Below are positions 1 through 7,692 of a DNA stretch of 64,000 nucleotides, piece by piece. The DNA comes from an uncultured Acidobacteriota bacterium (GTDB lineage Bacteria > Acidobacteriota > Terriglobia > Acidiferrales > UBA7541): the NCBI GenBank assembly GCA_963803515.1, contig CAWDMQ010000002.1, forward strand, positions 78,163-142,162. The letters run 5' to 3'. The first letter of the stretch is position 1. Every line of letters begins with the position of its first letter. Position numbers and translations under genes: made by a program. Below the pieces are notes generated by a model, which was not told where the DNA came from, searched no databases, and worked only from the letters and a program-made list of their open reading frames with translations.

Positions 1-33
1 GTTTCGAGCGCGGCGACGGACATACTCACGGCG

Positions 34-1224
34 GTGCGGGAAGCGGCGGCCCGCATACATGGCGCGATTTATTACACGCCGTGTCCTCACTCCGCGAAGC
101 TTTCGGCGGCGACCGGACAGCGGGTTTACCTGAAGCTCGAAAACTTGCAGATGACTGGGGCGTTCAAGGAGCGCGGGGCGCTCAACAAGATCCTGCTGCT
201 GAGCCCCGAGGAACGGAAGCGCGGCGTGATTGCGGCTTCGGCAGGGAACCACGCACAGGCCGTGGCGTGCCATGCCACGCGGCACGCGATTCGCAGCACG
301 ATCGTGATGCCGGCCGCTACGCCGCTGGTCAAGGTGGTGGCCACGCAGAATTACGGCGCAGAAGTGATCCTGCATGGTGCGAATTATGACGAAGCCTGCC
401 TGTACGCGCTCACGGTGGCCGCCGAACGAGCAATGACGTTCCTGCATCCGTTCGACGATCTCGCGGTGATCGCGGGGCAAGGCACGATTGGCCTGGAACT
501 GCTGGAGCAGTGCCCCGATCTCGAGGCGGTGGTGGTGCCGATCGGCGGAGGAGGATTGATCGCCGGAGTGGCGGGCGCGATCAAGGAAGTGCGGCCGGCG
601 GTGAAAGTGGTTGGCGTGCAAACGGCGCGACTGCCGTCGATGCTTTCGGCGGTAGCGCGCGGCGGTCCGGTAACGCTGCCGGCGGCGTCGACGATAGCGG
701 ACGGAATCGCGGTGCGACGCGCGGGCGAGATCACCTATCCGCTGGTATCGAAGTATGTGGACGAGATCGTCACGGTGGAAGACGAGGAGATCGCCAGTGC
801 GATTTTGACTTTGCTCGAGCGCGAAAAGCTTCTGGCCGAGGGCGCCGGTGCGGCCGCGACGGCGGCACTGCTGCAGCACAAAACCAGCCTGGAAGGGAAG
901 CACACGGCGGTGCTGGTCTGCGGGGGCAACATTGACGTTTCGCTGCTGAGCCGCATCATCGAGCGCGGCCTGGTAAAAGATGGGCGTCTGGTACGCATAC
1001 GCGTCTATTTGCCGGACCGGCCTGGGGCGCTGGCGGAGCTTTCGTCGGTGATTGCGGGGCAGAAGGCCAATATTGTGCAGTTACAGTTTGACCGTGCTTA
1101 CTACGGCGTGATTCTGGGCGATACGGCCATCGACATCACGCTCGAAACGCGCGGCAGCCAGCATTTATCGGAATTGCTGGCTGCCATCGTCGATGCCGGA
1201 TACACGCACGAGCGCATTCTTTAA
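34..1224 (+). CDS. ilvA: threonine ammonia-lyase (threonine dehydratase), short form with one C-terminal ACT-like regulatory domain
   Basis: 396-aa ORF with fold-type II PLP motifs (LQMTGAFKERGA carrying the PLP lysine, SAGNHAQAVA, PIGGGGLIAG) and an ACT-like tail of about 80 aa. The frame is open to base 1, so the true start may lie left of the window. Confidence 0.85.
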   Translation: MREAAARIHGAIYYTPCPHSAKLSAATGQRVYLKLENLQMTGAFKERGALNKILLLSPEERKRGVIAASAGNHAQAVACHATRHAIRSTIVMPAATPLVKVVATQNYGAEVILHGANYDEACLYALTVAAERAMTFLHPFDDLAVIAGQGTIGLELLEQCPDLEAVVVPIGGGGLIAGVAGAIKEVRPAVKVVGVQTARLPSMLSAVARGGPVTLPAASTIADGIAVRRAGEITYPLVSKYVDEIVTVEDEEIASAILTLLEREKLLAEGAGAAATAALLQHKTSLEGKHTAVLVCGGNIDVSLLSRIIERGLVKDGRLVRIRVYLPDRPGALAELSSVIAGQKANIVQLQFDRAYYGVILGDTAIDITLETRGSQHLSELLAAIVDAGYTHERIL

Positions 1225-1458
1225 CGCTGCTCTTCTTTGTCTCGATCTTCTTTTTTCCTGGCTCGCGGGTGAGTCCAATGCCCGGATGCTCCACTGTCCG
1301 GACGGCCCCACTGTGATGCACGATCCAGCATGTACGCGAGTCAGCTGTACTCAGCCAATGCGCAATCGCGTTTGATGCAGCGAATGAACGAGTCAACCCT
1401 CTGGGGTTCGGTCATGCGCGAACGCGCGGTGGCTGCGCCACGCCAACTTGCCACCCGC

Positions 1459-1513
1459 AACTGCGAACTGCGGCCTGCAATTGCGAACGGGTAACTGCGC
1501 ACCGGGGACTGCG
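1459..1513. repeat. four copies of heptamer (A/G)ACTGCG upstream of the ArsA-like gene
   Basis: AACTGCG at 1459-1465, 1466-1472 and 1493-1499; GACTGCG at 1507-1513. Offsets of 7, 27 and 14 nt. Small palindromes nearby (GCAATTGC, TGCAAC-N7-GTTGCA). Confidence 0.4.
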
Positions 1514-1642
1514 CAGCGGTGCGCAACGTTCAACTTTGGTAGCTGTGCAACTAGCGACGTTGCAAATTCCGCACAGCGGCGTGCGATTCGCCACTGAATT
1601 GGTGATAACGCGCGGGAGGCCCGCCAGCCCTATAATAGGGTT

Positions 1643-2833
1643 ATGAGAATCCTGATGTTCACGGGCAAGGGCGGAGTAGGCAAAACGAGTTTGGCGGCGG
1701 CCACGGGTTTGAAGCTCGCCGAACTGGGCTATCGCACTTTGATCATGAGCATCGATCCGGCGCACAGTCTGGCTGATTGCTTTGACCTCGAAAACGACCT
1801 GTTTCACGCACAAACGTCCGATCCGCTGCCCATCAACGACCGGCTGTCGATTCTCGAGTTGAATATACAAAAAGAGATCAAGCGGCACTGGCAGGAAATC
1901 TCGTCCTACGTCATTTCCGTATTGCGCACGACCGGCATCAGCGGCGTGGAAGCGGAGGAGTTGGCGATTCTTCCGGGGATGGAAGAACTTAGCGCCATGA
2001 TGTACATCAACCAGTATCGCCGGGAGCAGCGCTACGACGTCATCGTTCTCGATGCCGCGCCCACGGCGGAATCGCTGCGATTCATCAGCATGCCCACGAC
2101 GCTCGACTGGTACATGAAACACATCTTCCCGTTTCAGCGCAACCTGCTGAAAGCGGTGCGGCCGATTGCGAACCGGGTGGCTCCTTTCGAACTGCCTACG
2201 GACAACTATTTCGTAAACATCCGCAATTTATTCGAGAAGCTCGAAGGCATCGACGAGGTCATGGGCGATCCCCATATAACCAGCGTGCGGCTGGTTACCA
2301 ATCCCGAGAAGATGGTGTTGCGCGAGACGCAGCGGGCGTTCGTGTATTTCTCGCTGCACGGGTTAACGGTTGACTCGATTGTCGTGAATCGGGTGCTGCC
2401 GGCCGAGGTGCTGGACGCGTGGTTCAACGACTGGCACATGTCGCAGGACCATGTGCTGCGTGAAATCGACGAATACTTCGCACCTGTTCCGGTGAAGCGC
2501 GTTCCGTTGTTCGCGCACGAAGTGCTGGGGCAGCAGCGGCTGCGCGAACTTGGCGCGTTGTTGTATCCTGCGGGCGAGGACCCGATCGCGGTGACGCGGA
2601 CGGAGAAGCCGTACAGCTTTGAGAAACGAGATGGCGTCTACGAAATTCGCGTGCATATGCCTTTTGCGGCAAAGGGCGAAATCGGGCTATTCAAGAAGGG
2701 CGACGAACTTGTAGTGGAGATTGGAACTTTGCGCCGGCACATCGGCCTGCCGAGGTCGATGGCGATGCTTCTTCCGTCGCGCGCACGGCTCGAAAAAGGA
2801 GTTCTGACGGTGGAAATGAAGGAGGCACAGTGA
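1643..2833 (+). CDS. ArsA/GET3-family P-loop ATPase with a C-terminal HSP20/alpha-crystallin-like beta domain
   Basis: 396-aa ORF. N-terminal deviant Walker A FTGKGGVGKTS, the DPAHSL motif typical of ArsA/Get3, and a beta-rich C-terminal 100 aa (YEIRVHMPFAAKGEIGLFKKGDELVVEIG...GVLTVEM). TATAAT at 1631-1636 lies 6 nt upstream of the ATG (TSS expected at about the A of the ATG), which suggests a leaderless mRNA. Confidence 0.8.
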   Translation: MRILMFTGKGGVGKTSLAAATGLKLAELGYRTLIMSIDPAHSLADCFDLENDLFHAQTSDPLPINDRLSILELNIQKEIKRHWQEISSYVISVLRTTGISGVEAEELAILPGMEELSAMMYINQYRREQRYDVIVLDAAPTAESLRFISMPTTLDWYMKHIFPFQRNLLKAVRPIANRVAPFELPTDNYFVNIRNLFEKLEGIDEVMGDPHITSVRLVTNPEKMVLRETQRAFVYFSLHGLTVDSIVVNRVLPAEVLDAWFNDWHMSQDHVLREIDEYFAPVPVKRVPLFAHEVLGQQRLRELGALLYPAGEDPIAVTRTEKPYSFEKRDGVYEIRVHMPFAAKGEIGLFKKGDELVVEIGTLRRHIGLPRSMAMLLPSRARLEKGVLTVEMKEAQ

Positions 2834-3075
2834 ACGAGCAACAGGGAAATCCGAGTACCACAAGCACCACAGGCGCGGCTCCCGGTAACGAGCGCTGTCT
2901 TTGTTATGAAATGCTCGATTTGTTGCGGGCGCGCACGGGAATATCTCCGGCGGTGCGGCGGCACTTGCGGAACTCGCGGGTCGAGTTTCTGAAAGCGATC
3001 CGCACGGTGATCGACGACCGTATCGAGCACCTGTCGAAAACCAGTCAGCAGGGCACGAACATTACCGTGGAGTAG
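2830..3075 (+). CDS. small conserved-looking hypothetical protein, translationally coupled to the ArsA-like gene
   Basis: 81-aa ORF. Its GTG start overlaps the upstream TGA (GTGA, 4-nt overlap). Helical-looking core CLCYEMLDLLRARTGISPAVRRHLRNSRVEFLKAIRTVIDDRIEHL. No family recognised. Confidence 0.5.
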   Translation: MNEQQGNPSTTSTTGAAPGNERCLCYEMLDLLRARTGISPAVRRHLRNSRVEFLKAIRTVIDDRIEHLSKTSQQGTNITVE

Positions 3076-3299
3076 TGCCGCAGCGTTGCCGCAATTTTTC
3101 GGCTATCGCTCCGCGTGCCGCCTGTACGAGTTTCGTATCCCGACACAGATGTTCGGGCCGGGTATTTCCATCGGGTGTTCGCCGTCAGTGTTCGCATCAG
3201 CTGTTCGCACATCGGGTGCGTGGATCGAGCGAACAGATGCGAGCAGATGTGCGGCCAACGGACAGAAGTGCCGCCTCATTGACCGGAATTGCCGCTGGG

Positions 3300-4331
3300 T
3301 TATCGAGTGACGTGTTCGCTCGGTACCGCGCGCGGTCGCGATGGGCGTTCCATGTCCTCCATCAAGCGGGCAAACGCCGCAAGGTCGAGCGATTGCTGTC
3401 CGTCCGAAAGCGCGCGTTCCGGGCAAGGATGGACTTCGATCATCAGGCCATCCGCTCCGGCGGCGATCGCGGCGCGGCTCATCGCGGGAATCACGCTGCG
3501 GCGTCCGGTGCCGTGTGAAGGGTCGGCGATAACGGGCAAGTGCGAGAACTCCTTCGCCAACGGGATGGCCGCCACGTCGAACGTGTTGCGCAATTCGGAA
3601 TCAAACGTTTTGATGCCGCGCTCGCAGAGCACCACGTTGGAATTCCCGCCAGACAAAAGATATTCAGCGGCGAGCAGCCATTCCTTGATGGTGGCGGAGG
3701 GGCCGCGTTTGAGCAGCACCGGCAAGCGCGATTGGGCCAGGCGGCGAAGCAGCGGAGAATTCTGCATATTGCGCGCGCCCACTTGCAACATATCCGCATA
3801 TTCCGAGACGACATCCACATCTTCGACGCCCATTACCTCGGTGACGATCGGCAGGCCGGTGGCGTCGCGGGCTTCCTTTAAGAGCTTGAGAGCTTCCACA
3901 CCGAGACCCTGAAAATCGTACGGCGAGGTGCGCGGTTTATACGCCCCCCCGCGGAGAAGCGTAGCGCCGGCTTTCTTGACGCCGTGCGCGACCTCGAGCA
4001 ATTGCTCGCGCGACTCGACCGAGCACGGACCAGCGATCACCACCCACTGCGCGCCGCCAATCAAAACTCCCCCGACGTTCACAACCGTGGGTTCGTGGCG
4101 AAGCTGGCGGCTCACGAGCTTGAAGGGATGCGAAATAGGCACCAGCGCTTCCACGCCCGGGGCCGCTTGCAAGGCCTCCAATTCGCCGCGGCGGCCGTTA
4201 ATTCCCACAGCGCCGATGACGGTGTGGCTCGCGCCACGGATCACGTGCGCCTGGTAGCCGCATTCCTTGATGCGCTGCACGACATGCTCAATCTGTTCTT
4301 CGGTAGCGGTCGGACTCATATTCACGATCAT
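3300..4331 (-). CDS. aroF: 3-deoxy-7-phosphoheptulonate (DAHP) synthase, type I-beta with an N-terminal ferredoxin-like/ACT-like regulatory domain
   Basis: KDO8P/DAHP synthase I-beta motifs ([44 protein letters not shown]). Start set at ATG 4331 (MIVNMSPT), which has GGAGG about 10 nt upstream. The longer ORF reaching 4523 is an in-frame read-through of the leader. Confidence 0.9.
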   Translation of the reverse strand: MIVNMSPTATEEQIEHVVQRIKECGYQAHVIRGASHTVIGAVGINGRRGELEALQAAPGVEALVPISHPFKLVSRQLRHEPTVVNVGGVLIGGAQWVVIAGPCSVESREQLLEVAHGVKKAGATLLRGGAYKPRTSPYDFQGLGVEALKLLKEARDATGLPIVTEVMGVEDVDVVSEYADMLQVGARNMQNSPLLRRLAQSRLPVLLKRGPSATIKEWLLAAEYLLSGGNSNVVLCERGIKTFDSELRNTFDVAAIPLAKEFSHLPVIADPSHGTGRRSVIPAMSRAAIAAGADGLMIEVHPCPERALSDGQQSLDLAAFARLMEDMERPSRPRAVPSEHVTR

Positions 4332-4398
4332 GGCTGAGATGCCTCCTGGCATCATGGTTCGATCCCGCTGCGCCAAGCCCGCATTACAATACGGGGGC

Positions 4399-4441
4399 AC
4401 AACAAAAAAGCCAGTCTCGTTCCCGTCAGGGGAGGCTGGCT
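4399..4441 (-). terminator. intrinsic terminator-like hairpin in the DAHP synthase leader
   Basis: Minus strand AGCCAGCCTC-13 nt loop-GAGACTGGCT followed by TTTTTTGTTGTG. It sits about 70 nt upstream of the aroF start. Confidence 0.6.
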
Positions 4442-4480
4442 CTGGTAGAAACTCTATTGCGGCTTTTGTGTCTGCTTTGC

Positions 4481-4573
4481 TCAGTCCACCCGCAACCGCG
4501 CTTCTCCAGCACCGCTTCCCCATGGGGAGAAGCGGCCCGTAAAGGCGAAGCTTGAATAAAGTGCCTGTTTCAT
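4481..4573 (-). CDS. candidate aromatic-rich leader peptide (30 aa) of DAHP synthase
   Basis: Minus-strand ATG 4573 to TGA 4481 gives [34 protein letters not shown] and W fall within codons 6-18. A near-perfect hairpin at 4511-4536 (CCGCTTCTCCCCA/TGGGGAAGCGG) lies inside the ORF. Confidence 0.4.
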   Translation of the reverse strand: MKQALYSSFAFTGRFSPWGSGAGEARLRVD

Positions 4574-4620
4574 CGGCTTGACGTTTGATGATGTGATTAC
4601 GCCGAAATCAAACCGCCGCT

Positions 4621-4650
4621 AGAATAACCAGCCGCTACAACAACTGTCAA
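4621..4650 (-). promoter_or_regulatory. candidate sigma70-type promoter for the aroF leader
   Basis: Minus strand TTGACA (4650-4645), 18-nt spacer, TATTCT (4626-4621). Confidence 0.3.
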
Positions 4651-4768
4651 TAGCGGCGGATTGCTGGGAGTAAGTTTAGCTGTCGCCGGATTAGCCGTGG
4701 AGCCGGCATGTGCTGGACCGGCAGTTTGAGATTGCGCGATGTGCGCGCACTGTACGAAACTGCGTACC

Positions 4769-5344
4769 ATGGCGTCGCAAACAGATTTTCCTTTGCCCGC
4801 AGATCTGCCGCGGCCGGTTGACGATGGCGCCGCGAGCCATCTTCCGGGCATGCAGGTTCCGCACATTCCGCTCGTTTCGACGGCAGGTCGCATGGTCGAT
4901 CTCGCCAGTGTCAACGCGGAGAGAGTGGTCCTCTACTGTTATCCCATGACGGGACTGCCAGGAAAACCGCTGCCGGACGGGTGGGACCTGATTCCGGGCG
5001 CGCGCGGTTGCACTCCGCAGACTTGTGGATTTCGGGAACATTACCAAGAGTTATTAGGGTTGCAGGCCGCGGTGTTCGGCTTCAGCACGCAATCGAATGC
5101 ATATCAACGCGAGATGGCCGATCGGCTTCATCTTCCGTTTGAGATTCTGAGTGATTGCGAGTTTAAATTCTGCGACGCGCTCGATCTACCTACATTTGAA
5201 GTGCATGGCGTGCGGCTGGTGAAACGGATCACCTTGATTATGAGGGAGGGGAAGATCGAACACGTTTTTTATCCGGTGTTCCCACCGAACGAGAACGCGA
5301 GTGATGTTCTCCGCTGGCTGAAGCTCCACGCTATTGCGAACTGA
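4769..5344 (+). CDS. bcp: peroxiredoxin, Bcp-like (AhpC/TSA family)
   Basis: Thioredoxin-fold ORF with PGARGCTPQTC, the CxxxxC spacing seen in Bcp. Start taken at MASQTDF (4769); an alternative upstream ATG is at 4739. Confidence 0.75.
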   Translation: MASQTDFPLPADLPRPVDDGAASHLPGMQVPHIPLVSTAGRMVDLASVNAERVVLYCYPMTGLPGKPLPDGWDLIPGARGCTPQTCGFREHYQELLGLQAAVFGFSTQSNAYQREMADRLHLPFEILSDCEFKFCDALDLPTFEVHGVRLVKRITLIMREGKIEHVFYPVFPPNENASDVLRWLKLHAIAN

Positions 5345-5400
5345 TGGTGGGTTGCACGCTGATACACGGCCGGAAATCTGATGGTGTCCTAGCTTGAGAT

Positions 5401-5784
5401 TCATTTGCTTACAGCGTGGAAACGAGATTGCGGAAACATGTCTTCCACGTCTTGGTGCGTGAGCGAGGATTTGATTCCAGACTTCTTGAGTTGCTGAATG
5501 AAATCATCTCCTTCGGCCTGAGCAGTCATTTCTGCCTTGTCTAGACCGATCCGCTTATAGGTAAACCTGATCTTTCTGCCGTTCACAATCGATTCCCAGC
5601 CTTCCATATCGGCTCCCAGGGTTGACCGAATCAATTCCGAAACGCTCTGTTTGGATTTTCTCGCAGCAGCTTCGATGGCCCTTAAATCGTCTGGCGCGAA
5701 TCTTACGGGCACAATCCGGCCCTTCGCCTGACCGCGCGGGAGCTTGGGTCGTCCAGGCTTCCTAGTTCGCTTCCGCTGATTCAC
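5401..5784 (-). CDS. hypothetical protein with an N-terminal ribbon-helix-helix (CopG/antitoxin-like) segment
   Basis: 127 aa. KPGRPKLPRGQAKGRIVPVRFAPDDLRAIEAAARKSKQSVSELIRSTL resembles an RHH DNA-binding module, followed by an unknown 70-aa tail. It overlaps the upstream gene by 23 nt and lies in a low-GC region. Confidence 0.55.
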   Translation of the reverse strand: MNQRKRTRKPGRPKLPRGQAKGRIVPVRFAPDDLRAIEAAARKSKQSVSELIRSTLGADMEGWESIVNGRKIRFTYKRIGLDKAEMTAQAEGDDFIQQLKKSGIKSSLTHQDVEDMFPQSRFHAVSK

Positions 5785-6073
5785 GATTTTTAAACTCCTC
5801 CATGATTGCCGCTCTGACGGCCAGCAAGGGTGACGTTACTGGCCCGCTGTGAAGCACGGTTACGTGGCGGGGCCTTTTGGGATTGTCTGTTTCATAGGCC
5901 CAGGCATAAAGCCTGTTCGCTTTCGGATGGCCGATCAGATCAAACACTTCAACGACACCTTCCCATACCGTCTTACCTTGGAAGGTCTCTTTAATTGGGA
6001 CGCTCTCGACGTGCGAGGATTCGACGCCGTGTAGATGCTTGATTACATCCTGCAATTCTTCGATGTAGGTCAC
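5762..6073 (-). CDS. small hypothetical protein (103 aa), first gene of an overlapping pair
   Basis: Protein-like composition (HGVESSHVESVPIKETFQGKTVWEGVVEVFDLIGHP). No family recognised. Low-GC region. Confidence 0.55.
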   Translation of the reverse strand: MTYIEELQDVIKHLHGVESSHVESVPIKETFQGKTVWEGVVEVFDLIGHPKANRLYAWAYETDNPKRPRHVTVLHSGPVTSPLLAVRAAIMEEFKNRESAEAN

Positions 6074-6351
6074 GCGATGCCCTCAAGAACATTGCTAACT
6101 GTCCAGAAATCTCGCCAATTCCTGCGGTTATTGCAGGAGTGGTGCGGAGCGGGCTATGCCGCTTCACAAAATTGTGATGGGCGAAGTGGAGTGCGCCTGT
6201 TATGCGGCCGGAACCTCGGCTAGTGCGCTGATAATTACCCCGGCTTGTCGATGCCCACGACGCTTGCCATATGCGCTCTCCGTATCGCCCATAAGCGTAT
6301 TACAATAACCTCGCGGTATCAATAAACTTGTTGTGTTACAGTATCGCAATT

Positions 6352-7254
6352 ATGATTGGATCCTGTGTTCTCCTTGCACTTTCGTTGTTTCACCCGGTGG
6401 TCGGCCCAGCTCCACGGTCGCAAAATCCGCCCACAGCCCTCAAGAAAAGCGCCCAAGCAAGCCAGCAAAATCCCACTAATAAGCAAAAAGGAGCCAAGCA
6501 GCCGTCGACCGTAGGCCAAAGCAAGTCCCCCGCCAAACCCACTAATCCAAATGCCGAAAACATAGCACACAGCAATCAGCAGGAAATCGTACGAATAGTT
6601 TCTCTCCCCGAAGTCACAGTTGCCAGAGACAAGCCCACCTTCTATGTCTCTATCATTCTCGCTGCTATTGGAATAGCGGGCATTATCATAGCTATTTGGA
6701 CCGTTATTACCATTAAAGATCAAACGGCAGCCACCAAAGACGCTGCTAAGTCTGCCGCTAGGAGCGTTGAGACACTTGTAAATATGGAGCGGGCTTTGCT
6801 CGTACCAGAGGGTTTTGTTAGACCGAGTGAACTGCCTAAAATCCTCAGAACCCCGCAGACCGAAAGATTTGCAATTGAGATAAAAAATTGTGGTCGGACT
6901 CCCGCATGGATCACGGAATGGCGTTGCAGGACTCTGGTCAGTGATAACGAAAACATACTGGGCCTCTTGGACTACAGCTCTCCCCATAGCCACCCTGGGC
7001 GCGGCATGCCGTTTGCTCCAGAAAAAACCCAAAACTTCTTTGCCGACTTGACTACCAATCCAACTGAAATTAGCGAAATAGCCGCTGGTAGGAAACATTT
7101 TTACGTTTATGGATTTGTACGCTATAGGCATGTCTTTAGCGACGAGCCCCATGAAAGCTTCTTTTGTCAGCACTACTTCCAGCACAGTGAAGGCATCGGG
7201 CTCGTGCAATATGGCTGGAGCGTAGAACCACCAGAAGCTAATCGCTACACATAG
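6352..7254 (+). CDS. hypothetical membrane-anchored protein (TM helix plus C-terminal beta-rich domain)
   Basis: The ORF opens at 6328; the first ATG is at 6352. It has a signal/TM segment, a low-complexity P/Q/K/S linker, a TM helix FYVSIILAAIGIAGIIIAIWTVI, then a globular domain (ERALLV...FAIEIKNCGRTPAWI...HFYVYGFVRYRHVF). Preferred over the antisense ORF 6319-7209. Confidence 0.6.
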   Translation: MIGSCVLLALSLFHPVVGPAPRSQNPPTALKKSAQASQQNPTNKQKGAKQPSTVGQSKSPAKPTNPNAENIAHSNQQEIVRIVSLPEVTVARDKPTFYVSIILAAIGIAGIIIAIWTVITIKDQTAATKDAAKSAARSVETLVNMERALLVPEGFVRPSELPKILRTPQTERFAIEIKNCGRTPAWITEWRCRTLVSDNENILGLLDYSSPHSHPGRGMPFAPEKTQNFFADLTTNPTEISEIAAGRKHFYVYGFVRYRHVFSDEPHESFFCQHYFQHSEGIGLVQYGWSVEPPEANRYT

Positions 7255-7538
7255 CGAAATTAGGACACTAGCGGGAATCTACTCTTGTTGACACTGTGGC
7301 GCGAGGACCGATACAGTAGGGAGCGCGTGGAATGATACGAGAAGGGGCACTGCAACGCTGAACCGATTCGAGCATGACGGGTGCGAATTAGATTGGTGAG
7401 CCGCAAGATGCGCTACATGGGTAAAATAGCCGGGACTTGTTCGAAGCGCACGCGAATTACGCCGCCCCTTACGGGGGCGTGGGTATTTTCTGGCGCGGGG
7501 TGCGGCTAGACGGAGATAAAGCCAGCAAGCATCTCGAT

Positions 7539-7573
7539 CCCGCCGCCAGAAAACGACTGGCAGGCGGGTTTTT
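7539..7573 (+). terminator. intrinsic terminator
   Basis: CCCGCC(G)CCAG-7 nt loop-CTGG(CA)GGCGGG followed by TTTTT. It lies 285 nt after the islet gene and 120 nt before asd. Confidence 0.65.
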
Positions 7574-7692
7574 CATTTTATGAAGTGAGATGTGTCCGGC
7601 CGGGTGCTGCGTCGCCTGCACGCGGCGCAACGTTGCAGCAGCAATTTCAGAAAGAATTTCAGACTTACAGCAGCAATTCAGACAAGGATGGT

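Noticed and set aside
4332-4523. N-terminal extension of DAHP synthase to the 407-aa ORF start. Similar extensions occur for 30101-31321, 35778-37103, 17952-18995 and 17174-17899.
   Set aside because: The family-conserved sequence begins at internal ATGs, which mostly have good ribosome-binding sites or stop/start overlaps. The extensions are not protein-like, and in the aroF case they run through the terminator hairpin.
6319-7209. 296-aa minus-strand ORF almost exactly overlapping the plus-strand islet gene.
   Set aside because: The plus-strand product has a coherent layout: a TM anchor followed by a beta-rich domain with NxGxTPA-like and YVYGFVRY strands. The minus-strand product has an odd composition (many C/W/N/G runs such as GGCRLIFNGNNGPNSYDN). 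This is not certain, because the C-terminal hydrophobic stretch of the minus-strand product leaves some doubt.
7330-7575. Possible tmRNA or riboswitch. GGGGCACTGCAACGCTGAACCGATTCGAGC vaguely recalls a tmRNA 5' end, and asd is sometimes riboswitch-controlled.
   Set aside because: There is no tRNA-like T-arm (GGTTCGA.TCC with a pairing stem), no CCA-proximal acceptor pairing and no tag reading frame ending in a typical degradation tag. No lysine or SAM riboswitch core sequences were seen.
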